From: a virus
Reading direction: 5' to 3' (one strand)
Length of the DNA stretch: 64,000 nt
IMG/VR virus record: IMGVR_UViG_2667527224_000001
Below are positions 1 to 9,007 of the stretch, piece by piece. The notes beneath the pieces were generated by a model. It saw only the letters and a program-made list of their open reading frames with translations, did not search any database and had not been told where the DNA came from. A program made the translations under genes and the position numbers. How positions within the stretch are numbered: the stretch's first letter is position 1; every line of letters starts with the position of its first letter.

Positions 1-287
1 ATCCATCTTAGCTGTTCGCTGGGAATATCTGCTGGCTACGACCGGTCGGTATAGGTCAGCCTGGATTGCTGGCCGCCACGTCACTTACTTCGGGTGAAGT
101 GACGAAACCCACATTAAACACCTCCCGAACTGACGGAACCGGAACACGGAACAGTGACTCATGTTTGACCATTTGGGCTGTCTACACGATTTGAACTATC
201 CGTAAGTGGCCTATCACGACCGTCAGTTTGTGGCCGATTTCTGCACTTCACCACCGGCAGCTTTGGGTCGATTGTAGCCCTTCAACT

Positions 288-347
288 TCAGCGGGACACG
301 CCCCGCACGTACGCCTGACACGCAGCCAACGCGATCAGTCCTTGGTC
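288..347 (-). pseudogene. C-terminal remnant of Rz-type i-spanin
   Basis: DQGLIALAACQAYVRGVSR*; DNA similar to remnant at 14485-14601. Confidence 0.7.
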
Positions 348-426
348 GCAGACGATGTACGCGGAGCCCCGGAAGTAATTAATCGGAACGAGGAATTCAT
401 CAAGATGACGCTGGTGGTGATGACGG
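345..426 (+). pseudogene. 3' remnant of the 69-aa prophage-end gene seen intact at 13138
   Basis: VADDVRGAPEVINRNEEFIKMTLVVMT vs VADNVRSALDAIDRNEEFIKMTLAVMMT. Confidence 0.75.
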
Positions 427-629
427 CATCTATAAATAAGCAAGCTAATCAGTGCCGACAATGGGATGGAGAGGGAGCGCGTTAGCAGGATAACCACAGT
501 CGTACGTACAGATTGTCTCGAGAATGAGCAACGGGGGTCGATACAGTCGAGTTAAGGTATCAATATTGCTTATAGCTAACGAATACCTGAATCTAGCACT
601 CCCACAATCATCCCTGAAAGGACCTTGCG

Positions 630-3305
630 ATGGCGTTTTCCGACGAGATTCAAAAACTCTACATCAGCTACTTCAATCGCCCGGCAGACCCAGGCGGATT
701 GGCTTATTGGATCAACCAAGGCAATCAAAACGGCGAGAACACAGCAGCCATCGCCAACGCATTCAGCGCTTCGCCCGAGTACAAAAAGACCTTCGCTGAA
801 GAAAACAGCACAGCCATCGTTAATCAGATCTACCAAAATCTATTCGGTCGTGCCGCCGAGGCTGATGGGCTGCAATACTGGAGCTCGCGCCTGGACAACG
901 GTACTTTCAACCTCGGCAACATCGTCATTGCCATCTTTAACGGCGCGCAGAATGGCGACAGTGTGGCAGTAACCAACAAGACGCTGGCGGCAACTCAGTT
1001 CACAGCGCACCTGACTACCGCCGAACAGATCGCAGCCTATACCACCGATAGAGCGTTCGCCTTAGCCAGCAACTGGCTTAGCGGGGCGCTGACCCCGGAC
1101 GGCCTCACAACGGCACTATCAGGGCTGGGACCTGTCATAGTCGACATCGTCGGTGGTTCGACTCCGAGCAGCGGGCCGGTTGTCAGCACCATTCAGGTAT
1201 CTGCAGGCGGTACATATAATGGTATTCCAGTGGTCAATGATCTGTTCAAATCCAGCATCGCCAACCTCGATGGATCTACCCTCACCGGCAATGCGGCAGA
1301 CGCAGATATCCTAACCTTGACCACTGCTGGCACGGTCACCATCAATAATGGCACTACAGGTGGCACCCTTAGCAATATCAAGGTATTGAATCTGGCCGAC
1401 GGCACCAACACCATCACCTATAACACTTCGGCTGGATTTGCCAACATCAACGGCGGTACGGGCGACGATACCTTTATTCCCAACACCGCCTTGTTGCCGA
1501 TTACGATCAATGGTGGCAGCGGTACCGACACCATTGTCCTGTCGGCAAGTTATGCGGCTTCCGTTTCAGGCAGCAATACCTTTGCCAGCAATGTGACGAA
1601 CATCGAACAATTGCGCCTCACCGGCGTGACCAACCAGACCATCGATCTCCAAGCCTTGGGCAATTACAGCAATGTGACTGTGGGCAACGGGCCGAATGGC
1701 CTGACACTGCTCAATCTTACCAATAATGGCCATGTGACGCTGACCAGCTCTGGCACGGCGATGACCCTCTCCAATGCAGATTTTGCAGGTGGCGTGAATG
1801 ATACTGTCAATCTCTCGCTGAACGACGCCAGCACCGTCGGCGTGGCCTTTGCCTCTGTGGGTATTGCAGCTTCCGGAGTTGAAACGGTCAATATCAGTGT
1901 CAATGACAATCAAGTGACACCCACCGGCGCTTTCAACGACACGCTTACCTGGCTGGGCAACTCGATCCAAACCATTAACATCAGCGGGAACGCAGGCCTT
2001 ACCCTGAGCGCTTCGAGCACCGCACTGACCTTGGTGGATGCCAGTAATATTACCCTCGGCGGCTTTACTTGGAGCTCCTCGTCACTGATCGACAGGGCGA
2101 CCGTCAAAGGCAGTGCCACCGGCACCAACACCGTAAATATGAACTCCGCAACGGCGGGCGTCGAATACACGGGAGGTGCTGGTAATGACAACGTCACCGT
2201 AAATGGCACCGTGACCTCTTCTGTGGCGCTCGGCGATGGCAACAATTCCTTGGCCATCAATGGCGTCAGCATTAAGGGCACTTATACAGGTGGCAGCACC
2301 GGTACCGATAGTCTGGCCTTCTTTTCTGCAACACCGGATGTAAGTTTGGCAACGATCACAGGCTTTGAAAACTTGACCATTGTCAATAATGCCTCGGTCA
2401 CCCTGAAAGCTGAACAGCTTTCGCAATTCACTGGCAACATCAACGCGGCCGGTACCGAGACCTTCAACCTGTCCACCGCAGGCACGTTTACCGGTCTGAA
2501 CAATATAGAAAAATACAACCTGGCAAATGGCAGTAACAACTTCACCGCCACAAATTCCACAAAAACAGTGGTGGGCGGAACCGGGAGTGATACGTTTAAC
2601 TTTACTGCTAACCAGATTGTAAACTCTCTAACCTCGCTAGATGGCGGGCTCGATAATGATGTGCTTAATATCGGTGCCACCACAACACAAACCATAGACC
2701 TGAGCACCAAAATAAGTAATATCGAAACGATCAATGTGGCGGGGAGTACAGGTACCGCAACGTTTACGAATGTGAATGGTGCGGGCGTTACCCTGAACTA
2801 CACTAAGAGTACAGGTGACACCATGATCAACCTGGGCAGCGGCGGTCAAACATTGAATTTGCTAGGTAACTCCTCTTCGTCCGCCTTCATTACGGGCGGC
2901 GCAGCAGTTGACCATATAGTACTGAGCTCTACCGATTCTGGCTCGGAAACCTTGATCGCCACTGGCCCAAACATGTCAAACAATACGCAAATTGACGTGG
3001 TGAGCAACTTCAATGCCAGCGGAACGGATTACTTCAAAACCGGAGTCAATGCAGCCTCCGTAGGCTCTTATATCATTGGAAATGCCGACACTGGAAACTA
3101 TTTGTCCACCATGGCCGCAGGGCTGTCCGTCGTTTTAAACAATACCGCCCAAGCTTATTTGATTACGGTACAGACAGGCAGTGCAGCCGGCACCTACCTA
3201 TTCCAAAATACCGGATCAAATACGGCACAACTTGACAGTACCGACTTTTTCATACAATTGACCGGCAACATAGGAACCATTAGCACTAACAATATGATTA
3301 TGTAA
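630..3305 (+). CDS. DUF4214 N-domain, RTX-like beta-repeat S-layer-like protein, probable type I secretion substrate (891 aa)
   Basis: N-term LYISYFNRPADPGGLAYW...IYQNLFGRAAEADGLQYW; several GGxGxD repeats; Gly/Thr/Asn-rich, no signal peptide; C-term DFFIQLTG. Confidence 0.85.
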   Translation: MAFSDEIQKLYISYFNRPADPGGLAYWINQGNQNGENTAAIANAFSASPEYKKTFAEENSTAIVNQIYQNLFGRAAEADGLQYWSSRLDNGTFNLGNIVIAIFNGAQNGDSVAVTNKTLAATQFTAHLTTAEQIAAYTTDRAFALASNWLSGALTPDGLTTALSGLGPVIVDIVGGSTPSSGPVVSTIQVSAGGTYNGIPVVNDLFKSSIANLDGSTLTGNAADADILTLTTAGTVTINNGTTGGTLSNIKVLNLADGTNTITYNTSAGFANINGGTGDDTFIPNTALLPITINGGSGTDTIVLSASYAASVSGSNTFASNVTNIEQLRLTGVTNQTIDLQALGNYSNVTVGNGPNGLTLLNLTNNGHVTLTSSGTAMTLSNADFAGGVNDTVNLSLNDASTVGVAFASVGIAASGVETVNISVNDNQVTPTGAFNDTLTWLGNSIQTINISGNAGLTLSASSTALTLVDASNITLGGFTWSSSSLIDRATVKGSATGTNTVNMNSATAGVEYTGGAGNDNVTVNGTVTSSVALGDGNNSLAINGVSIKGTYTGGSTGTDSLAFFSATPDVSLATITGFENLTIVNNASVTLKAEQLSQFTGNINAAGTETFNLSTAGTFTGLNNIEKYNLANGSNNFTATNSTKTVVGGTGSDTFNFTANQIVNSLTSLDGGLDNDVLNIGATTTQTIDLSTKISNIETINVAGSTGTATFTNVNGAGVTLNYTKSTGDTMINLGSGGQTLNLLGNSSSSAFITGGAAVDHIVLSSTDSGSETLIATGPNMSNNTQIDVVSNFNASGTDYFKTGVNAASVGSYIIGNADTGNYLSTMAAGLSVVLNNTAQAYLITVQTGSAAGTYLFQNTGSNTAQLDSTDFFIQLTGNIGTISTNNMIM

Positions 3306-3326
3306 AAAGAAAAACCAGACCGCGCG

Positions 3327-3351
3327 CCGCTTGAGGCCAGCACTCAAGCGG
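3327..3351. terminator. Hairpin between convergent genes
   Basis: CCGCTTGAG-N7-CTCAAGCGG perfect 9-bp stem. Confidence 0.6.
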
Positions 3352-3375
3352 TTCCCCCACAGTACAGAGCCACTT

Positions 3376-4071
3376 TCAAAAAGATCCTGCTCTGAGCGAA
3401 GCTGCAGCATCAGCCTCATCTCGCGCTACCCACTTCGCCTCCCACTTGTCATCCATTACGGTCACTCCGTAGCGATATGCACCGAACAGCGCAGCGGCCA
3501 CTAGCAGCACCGCCGAGATATAAGGAAGGATTCGGAGTAGAAGTTTCACCTCTGTCGCCTTCGTCCACAGCTTCAGCCGATCCGCCTGGCCATTGAGCCC
3601 GCCATTGATCCGGCGAGTGATTTTTTCGGAGTCGCCAGCATCAGCCAAGGTATTCAGCCCATTGGTTGCCCAGAACCATGCGGCCGACAAGCAGGCATTC
3701 TTCGGCTGCTCCAACAGCTCTGGCTGATTGATCAGGTTGAGGGCCAGGGCTTCGCCGCACTCCGCATAGTTCGCCCGGCCCGTGATTTGGATCAGGCCCC
3801 GGCCGCGATACTTGAAGCCGTCGCCCGGGACGGAGTTGCCCAGATCCTTGCGGCCTTCGTACTTGGCCTGGGCCGGAGTCGGCCCCCACATCTCCCGGAC
3901 GTAAACCAGCTGGCCGGACTCATGCCCGATCTGGGCAATGAACGCGGCCACTCGTTTGGAGCCGACAATCTGGAATCGGCCCATGGCCGTGTTGAGGACA
4001 GGAACAAAAACGCCGGCTTTGGCGCCGGCGTTCGGGAGGATCTGCAGCAACTGCTGCGCGGTGATTGGCAT
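3376..4071 (-). CDS. GH19 endolysin fused in frame to a truncated DUF2514 spanin N-terminus
   Basis: MPITAQQLL...AQIGHESG...YRGRGLIQITG near-identical to 15840-16373; no stop, reads into KLLLRILPYISAVLL...KWEAKW. Confidence 0.85.
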   Translation of the reverse strand: MPITAQQLLQILPNAGAKAGVFVPVLNTAMGRFQIVGSKRVAAFIAQIGHESGQLVYVREMWGPTPAQAKYEGRKDLGNSVPGDGFKYRGRGLIQITGRANYAECGEALALNLINQPELLEQPKNACLSAAWFWATNGLNTLADAGDSEKITRRINGGLNGQADRLKLWTKATEVKLLLRILPYISAVLLVAAALFGAYRYGVTVMDDKWEAKWVARDEADAAASLRAGSF

Positions 4072-4128
4072 ACTTTTCTCCAGGCGAAAAAAAGCCCGCA
4101 CTTGGCGGGCTTTCTTAAAAGATTAAAA

Positions 4129-5064
4129 CTATCCCAAAATACTGAAATCAATTGACTGTCCGGCGATGACTTGAACACCAGACATATCAATCGTAACAAC
4201 ATCATCACTTACTACAATATTACTTTTACCAAATGACTTGGACGGATCCGTATTGGTAAAAGTGGAGGAATTTAGCACAACATCTTTAAACGACGCCAAC
4301 TCCTTGTTCACATCAGAAAATGTCAACGTCACGCCACCTGCGTAAGAGAAGTCCGAGTCAGGAAACGTTAATACAAAATTTCCAGCACTAACATCAATAT
4401 CCATTTTGGTAAAATCTGTTAGTTCAACATCATCTCCAACCGTGAAGGCCTGATGATCAAAGGACGCCTTCAAATAATTAAAACTAACCTCTAGATTTTT
4501 CCCCATAAAATCTAAAACTTTCGGAGTAGTTGGTGTAACTGGTGATGAAGGATGATCCCAATAATTGTTGATCAAGCTGGCAGTAGCCACCGAACTGGTA
4601 TCGCTGGTGACAAATGCCAGCAACGACTTCGCGTATGTCAAATCATTACCAGACAAAGACTTCGCAAAATTAAATCCCGCGTCGACCTTATTTTGCAGCA
4701 ACTGATGATCGTCGCCCTTTCCATCCTGGATTGAAAAGATCATTTCCTTGATCAGGTCTTTTCGATTGCCCAAATCTGCAAATCGATCCTGCCAATATGT
4801 GGTGCCTGCAGCATCGGGGCTGCGGTTAAGGACCGTGCTGTAAAAATTGGTGAAAAAGTCAGTATCCGATACCTCGTCTCCGTAGAGCGACTTACCCTCT
4901 TTGCTGGTGAGAAAGCTGGTTACCAAGTCATCAAATGAGAGACCATTTGTTAGCTGGCCCGACCAGTAGGCAAGTCCATCCTTATCCGGCGCCCGGCCGA
5001 AAGCAGCGACGTACATTACGGTTGCGAGTTTTTGCGATTCAACTTCGGTCATAGCGCCTTCCAT
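4129..5064 (-). CDS. DUF4214-domain protein with beta-rich C-terminal domain (311 aa)
   Basis: MYVAAFGRAPDKDGLAYW and FYSTVLNRSPDAAGTTYW motifs. Confidence 0.85.
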   Translation of the reverse strand: MEGAMTEVESQKLATVMYVAAFGRAPDKDGLAYWSGQLTNGLSFDDLVTSFLTSKEGKSLYGDEVSDTDFFTNFYSTVLNRSPDAAGTTYWQDRFADLGNRKDLIKEMIFSIQDGKGDDHQLLQNKVDAGFNFAKSLSGNDLTYAKSLLAFVTSDTSSVATASLINNYWDHPSSPVTPTTPKVLDFMGKNLEVSFNYLKASFDHQAFTVGDDVELTDFTKMDIDVSAGNFVLTFPDSDFSYAGGVTLTFSDVNKELASFKDVVLNSSTFTNTDPSKSFGKSNIVVSDDVVTIDMSGVQVIAGQSIDFSILG

Positions 5065-5077
5065 GTGGTTTGTTCGT

Positions 5078-5098
5078 GTAGTGTCATTTTGACACTAC
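5078..5098. promoter_or_regulatory. Perfect palindrome just upstream of the DUF4214 gene
   Basis: GTAGTGTCA-TTT-TGACACTAC. Confidence 0.4.
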
Positions 5099-5328
5099 GG
5101 TGCCAGCCACTGGAAGCCCTGGGCGCTGTAACGGCGAGCACCTAAGAGCAGTGTTTGTTGCCAAGGCAAGGTTGCTCAACACAAACCTAATAGCGTAAAT
5201 CTGTAGTCCATACCTGTGGTGTTGCATTGAGGCGGCGTTGATATCATCCCGCCCACGTTCTCCATGTATTAAGGGATGCGGGAGAAAATAGAAGCCCCGA
5301 AGGGCCAACCTCGGGGCTTCGTCTTTTC

Positions 5329-5483
5329 AATCCCCAGACGAAGAAAACCCCGAACGGGTCGGGGTATTGGTGAAGTGTTTGGCCCCGCCTATTCGGACGC
5401 CGGCCCAGAACAGCCAGGCTCGCCATCGAGCTACGCCTTCCGCGCGCAATGCCCGGTACAGAATGGCGTCCGCTTCCTTGCGA
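5329..5483 (-). pseudogene. 3' remnant of DUF1353 gene
   Basis: Near-identical to ~16380-16533. Confidence 0.85.
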
Positions 5484-5484
5484 C

Positions 5485-5608
5485 TGTTGGAGCTCGCGGT
5501 GTAGCACTGAAGTCCGCCGAAACGAAACCTGAGCCAGTGGCTGACGCCGAAACAGCCGGCGATACAGGCACAGACGAAGAGGTCGAATTTGAGGAGGTGT
5601 CAGCATGA
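5485..5608 (+). pseudogene. C-terminal remnant of gene preceding YqaJ (probably a recombinase)
   Basis: Acidic tail ...EEVEFEEVSA* overlapping YqaJ start (ATGA); position only. Confidence 0.45.
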
Positions 5609-6247
5609 TTATCGTAAATTGCGCCCAGGGCTCAGAGGCTTAGCACCAGGAGCGGGCCGGGGTGATCACCGCCAGCATGTTCGGCGACGCCCGAGCTCGC
5701 CTGAAGTCAGGCCCAAACAAGGGCGAGCCTACAGAAGGCTTTGGATTACGCATTCCGCCTTGCCGTTGAGCGGATCGGTGGCAAGCCGCTGGATAACGGC
5801 TTTGAAACCTGGCAAATGCGCCGGGGGCACGAACTGGAACCTGAGGCGAGGATGGAGCACGAAATCCAGACTGGCCTGATAGTTACTCAGGTGGGGCTGG
5901 TCAAGACTGATGATGGTGTGTTCGGAGCCAGTGCCGACGGCTTCATCGGCGAAGATGGCGGCGCAGAATACAAGTGCTTCCTCGCGCCGGAAAAGCTCCG
6001 CTCGTTCCACATCGACAATGATGCCAGCGAAATCATGGACCAAGTCCAAGGCTGTATGTGGATCACCGGGCGCAAATGGTGGCACATCGGGATGTACTGC
6101 CCGGACCTGAAGGTGGTTGGTCGCCAGCTCTGGTGGAAAGAGTTCCAGCGCGATGACGACTACATCGAAAAGCTCGAAGAAGACCTTTGGCAGTTCAAGC
6201 TCCTGGTTGACGGCTATGAGGAGATACTGCGGAGTAAAGCCGCATGA
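5605..6247 (+). pseudogene. YqaJ/lambda-exonuclease family, inactivated
   Basis: MIIVNCAQGSEA then TAG at 5641, further frameshift ~5730; FGASADG, EYKC, DQVQG motifs downstream. Confidence 0.85.
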
Positions 6248-6817
6248 TCAGCAACCACCTCAGTCTGGTCGAGCAGCTTCGACCCAGGTCAAGCGAACTG
6301 GCGGACCAGGTCGAGCAGTACCTGGCAGCTGGCGGCAAGATCGAAGAAGCCGAGCCCTACAACTACAAGCCCAAACCGATCAGCTACAGCAACCAGATGC
6401 CGCCGGCGCCGAAGCCATTCGTTCGGCGCCGGGTTGAAGCGCCTCCCCCGCCACCCACTGCATTCGATGCCCGCCAGCAGGCGCGCGAAAGACTGGTCGA
6501 TCAAGTTCGTAGGTTGAGCAGCACACACCCAAGTGGAAGTTGCGGCAGCCATCGGCATCAGCAGGAAGGCTATCTACAACATCGCCAAAGAGCATGACAT
6601 CACATTCCAGCGCCCAACCCGCGGCGGCGCGAATGACGCGCCGCGCAAGGAGCAAGCAGATGCCAGAGACGCGAAATATGCCGAGCGGATCAGGGCCTTC
6701 ATGGAGCTTGGAATCTCCCGGCGCCAGTGCTGCGGAAAGCTGGCCATCGGCAATAAAGCCTTCGAGCGAATCATTGCGGCCCACGGCATCGACTACCCGA
6801 AAGCACGCCAAGGCTGA
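6244..6817 (+). pseudogene. Phage HTH-type protein split by frameshift (~6530)
   Basis: Two overlapping ORFs 6244-6597 and 6533-6817 form one phage-like gene. Confidence 0.65.
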
Positions 6818-6904
6818 ACCTCATGCGCCGCATAGCTCGAGTTCAACAACGTAAACGACAAACCTGGCTGGCATTGCCGGCCAATGGGATAGAAGAGGTA
6901 GATC

Positions 6905-7366
6905 ATGGCCGAGGAACAGGAGCTGACGGCGGAAGCCAAGAAGCAGCGCAAGAAACGCGAGAAGGCCGCAGCAAGGGATGCTGCATTGGGCGTCGAGAAG
7001 TTTCAGATCGAAGTTGCCGGTGTGTTCAAGCCTGACCTGAAGCGAGTAATGAAGGCGCACGGCATAAACAACCAGCAGGACATTCACCAGCGGCTGCTGA
7101 TCAACCTGATCGCTGCCGACTTCGAAGCCCAGGCCTGGATGCTGCGGAGTGTCACGACACCTTATGTAGTGAGCGAAAAGGTGTCGCGCATTCTAAGAGC
7201 GGCCAGCCTCAAACACCTGCAGGCGACCCGGGCGAGCCAGAAGACGAAATCGTCGAGCCCGTATAGCGATCACGCATCGGACTCGATAATGAAGAGGAAC
7301 TGGCCGTCGTTCGTAGTTGCAACGCCAGCCTCCACCCAGCCCACAATGTCCCCGCCAGGACCGTAG
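6905..7366 (+). CDS. Phage hypothetical (MAEEQELT...), paralog of 56887-57246; 3' end probably frameshifted
   Basis: Near-identical first ~90 aa; C-terminus overlaps opposite-strand gene. Confidence 0.65.
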   Translation: MAEEQELTAEAKKQRKKREKAAARDAALGVEKFQIEVAGVFKPDLKRVMKAHGINNQQDIHQRLLINLIAADFEAQAWMLRSVTTPYVVSEKVSRILRAASLKHLQATRASQKTKSSSPYSDHASDSIMKRNWPSFVVATPASTQPTMSPPGP

Positions 7367-7503
7367 ACCTCTTCGACATCCAGGAGAAAATTCCACGTTC
7401 CATTGTCTGAGTAAGCAAAGCCATTTTGTGCCCAGCCTACTCGCGGCTTTTCCGGCTCCTTCCCGTAAAGAATGTATGCCCCATCGCTGTAATCAATAGC
7501 CAT
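7270..7503 (-). CDS. Small antisense cargo protein (MAIDYSDG...)
   Basis: AAGGAGG RBS before ATG 7503. Confidence 0.65.
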   Translation of the reverse strand: MAIDYSDGAYILYGKEPEKPRVGWAQNGFAYSDNGTWNFLLDVEEVYGPGGDIVGWVEAGVATTNDGQFLFIIESDA

Positions 7504-7560
7504 GTCGACCTCCTTGTGCCGGCCCCTTGCCGGGCATTCGTAATACCCCAACACAACTCA

Positions 7561-7606
7561 AATTGCCAATTGCCAATTGCATCAGGCCACGGGGGGGGGG
7601 GGGGGG
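7561..7606. repeat. (AATTGCC)x3 tandem repeat and G16 homopolymer (7591-7606)
   Basis: Direct reading. Confidence 0.9.
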
Positions 7607-7628
7607 CGGCCGTTGGGCGTTATAAGCA

Positions 7629-8363
7629 TCAGCCTGAGATAATTTCACACTTCCCGATGGAAGGCCTAATTTTAACGCCAGACTTCATATCAGTCATTAC
7701 AATTCGATTAGTTTCAAAGCTCTCTAGAACTACATACCTATCAGAAATAGTACCTATTAGCACCCCTTTAACGACCCCTGCACTATCAACCACCAATGGC
7801 GTTCTTTCCGAACACAGCCTTAACTTTTGCAAACTTGAACCCGACTCATCATAAGGAAGAAATATAAGCGACCATAACATGAATAACAATGTCGAAGCAC
7901 CCACCAGCCTTTCGCCACCGCCTTCAAAATATTGAACCAATGCTAGCGATAAAAACGTACTAGGAAAAACTGTTCCGGGAGCCCTTAGTGAAAACTCGAA
8001 CAAAATTGAATCCATTACTTCTTTTTTTAACAACACTCCGACACCAAGTACCAATATCGTCCCCACAATTAAAAAATAAGTAACCCACTTCCTTGCATCG
8101 GGAACCATTTTATTATCAGTCATTAAAAAAGACAAAAAAATGCTTGTCAATGTCATACCTCCCGTCCAGGGCAAGCCATCCTTAACTAAGCCTTGAGGCT
8201 CAATTGCGCTAACGACCCATGACGCCTGTAGACCGGAGTAAAAAAAATAGTTTTGAGAAAGCCCCACGAGGTATGCAAAACCAATTAACAGTCCAAATAT
8301 CCCTACTAACTTAACAATTTTGTCCAATAGATAATCATAAGTCGGATTGGCATTACCGTTCAT
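7629..8363 (-). CDS. AT-rich polytopic membrane protein, antisense cargo
   Basis: Long ORF with about six hydrophobic segments; start uncertain (8363 or 8450). Confidence 0.7.
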   Translation of the reverse strand: MNGNANPTYDYLLDKIVKLVGIFGLLIGFAYLVGLSQNYFFYSGLQASWVVSAIEPQGLVKDGLPWTGGMTLTSIFLSFLMTDNKMVPDARKWVTYFLIVGTILVLGVGVLLKKEVMDSILFEFSLRAPGTVFPSTFLSLALVQYFEGGGERLVGASTLLFMLWSLIFLPYDESGSSLQKLRLCSERTPLVVDSAGVVKGVLIGTISDRYVVLESFETNRIVMTDMKSGVKIRPSIGKCEIISG

Positions 8364-8478
8364 CACGTTGCGCTCCCATCTTATTGAGCAAACCGTCTGC
8401 ACAATAAAAGACCATTCCCCCAAAATTACCAATAAGTCGCATCCGGTCACGGAGGGCGACGCCTACCCGGAGATAACC

Positions 8479-8700
8479 TTGACCCCACAATTCGAAAGCC
8501 CCAACGGGATATGGCGGCGTCTTGGTTGAGCGAGGTTCGCGCGGAGCACGGACGATTCGCCGCCCAGACGGATCGGAAGTGTGCATCGACAGCGAGCGCG
8601 GACGCCACACAGGAGAGATTGAAGCGGCGCGGCAGGAGCTGGCGTGCCTGCCGCACGGCGAAAGTGCGCGCCAGGCGGCGCATCTCTACATCTTCGCTTG
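8479..8700 (+). pseudogene. Broken copy of 57758-58030 gene
   Basis: MTPQFESPNG..WRRLG then TGA after an ~8-nt deletion relative to right copy. Confidence 0.75.
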
Positions 8701-8727
8701 ACCCGGCCTCACCTATTGAACAGAGAC

Positions 8728-8970
8728 TTAGCCATTACCTCGGTCATACCAATTGGTGGCCAGCTCAATCCCGCACATTCTGGCATCGTCAATGCTCTGG
8801 AGTGGGCCGTCTGATTCTCCTATCAGGCTTTCACCACTTGGATCTAGTTGCGCCACAACCCGAACGCCGACGGGCACAGGATCGCTATCCACGCCCCACT
8901 TAAAGCGCACAAGTGCCTGCTTTCCGCTGGCATGTGAGAGAAAGAATCCTGGCGGCCTATCTATAGCCAT
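8728..8970 (-). CDS. Small antisense hypothetical, distant homolog of 62607-62849
   Basis: Shared F.W...D.VP...E..GP...A..W.D pattern. Confidence 0.55.
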   Translation of the reverse strand: MAIDRPPGFFLSHASGKQALVRFKWGVDSDPVPVGVRVVAQLDPSGESLIGESDGPLQSIDDARMCGIELATNWYDRGNG

Positions 8971-9007
8971 CGCTTTACCCTCTTAAACCCGGATTGATTA
9001 CGAATCA

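Noticed and set aside
79-228. Hairpin 79-104 and 9-bp inverted repeat (~118 / ~220) as a MITE
   Set aside because: Too short, no target duplication or second copy seen
5276-5608. 110-aa plus-strand ORF as a real gene
   Set aside because: Chimeric read-through across the deletion junction (antisense DUF1353 plus gene tail)
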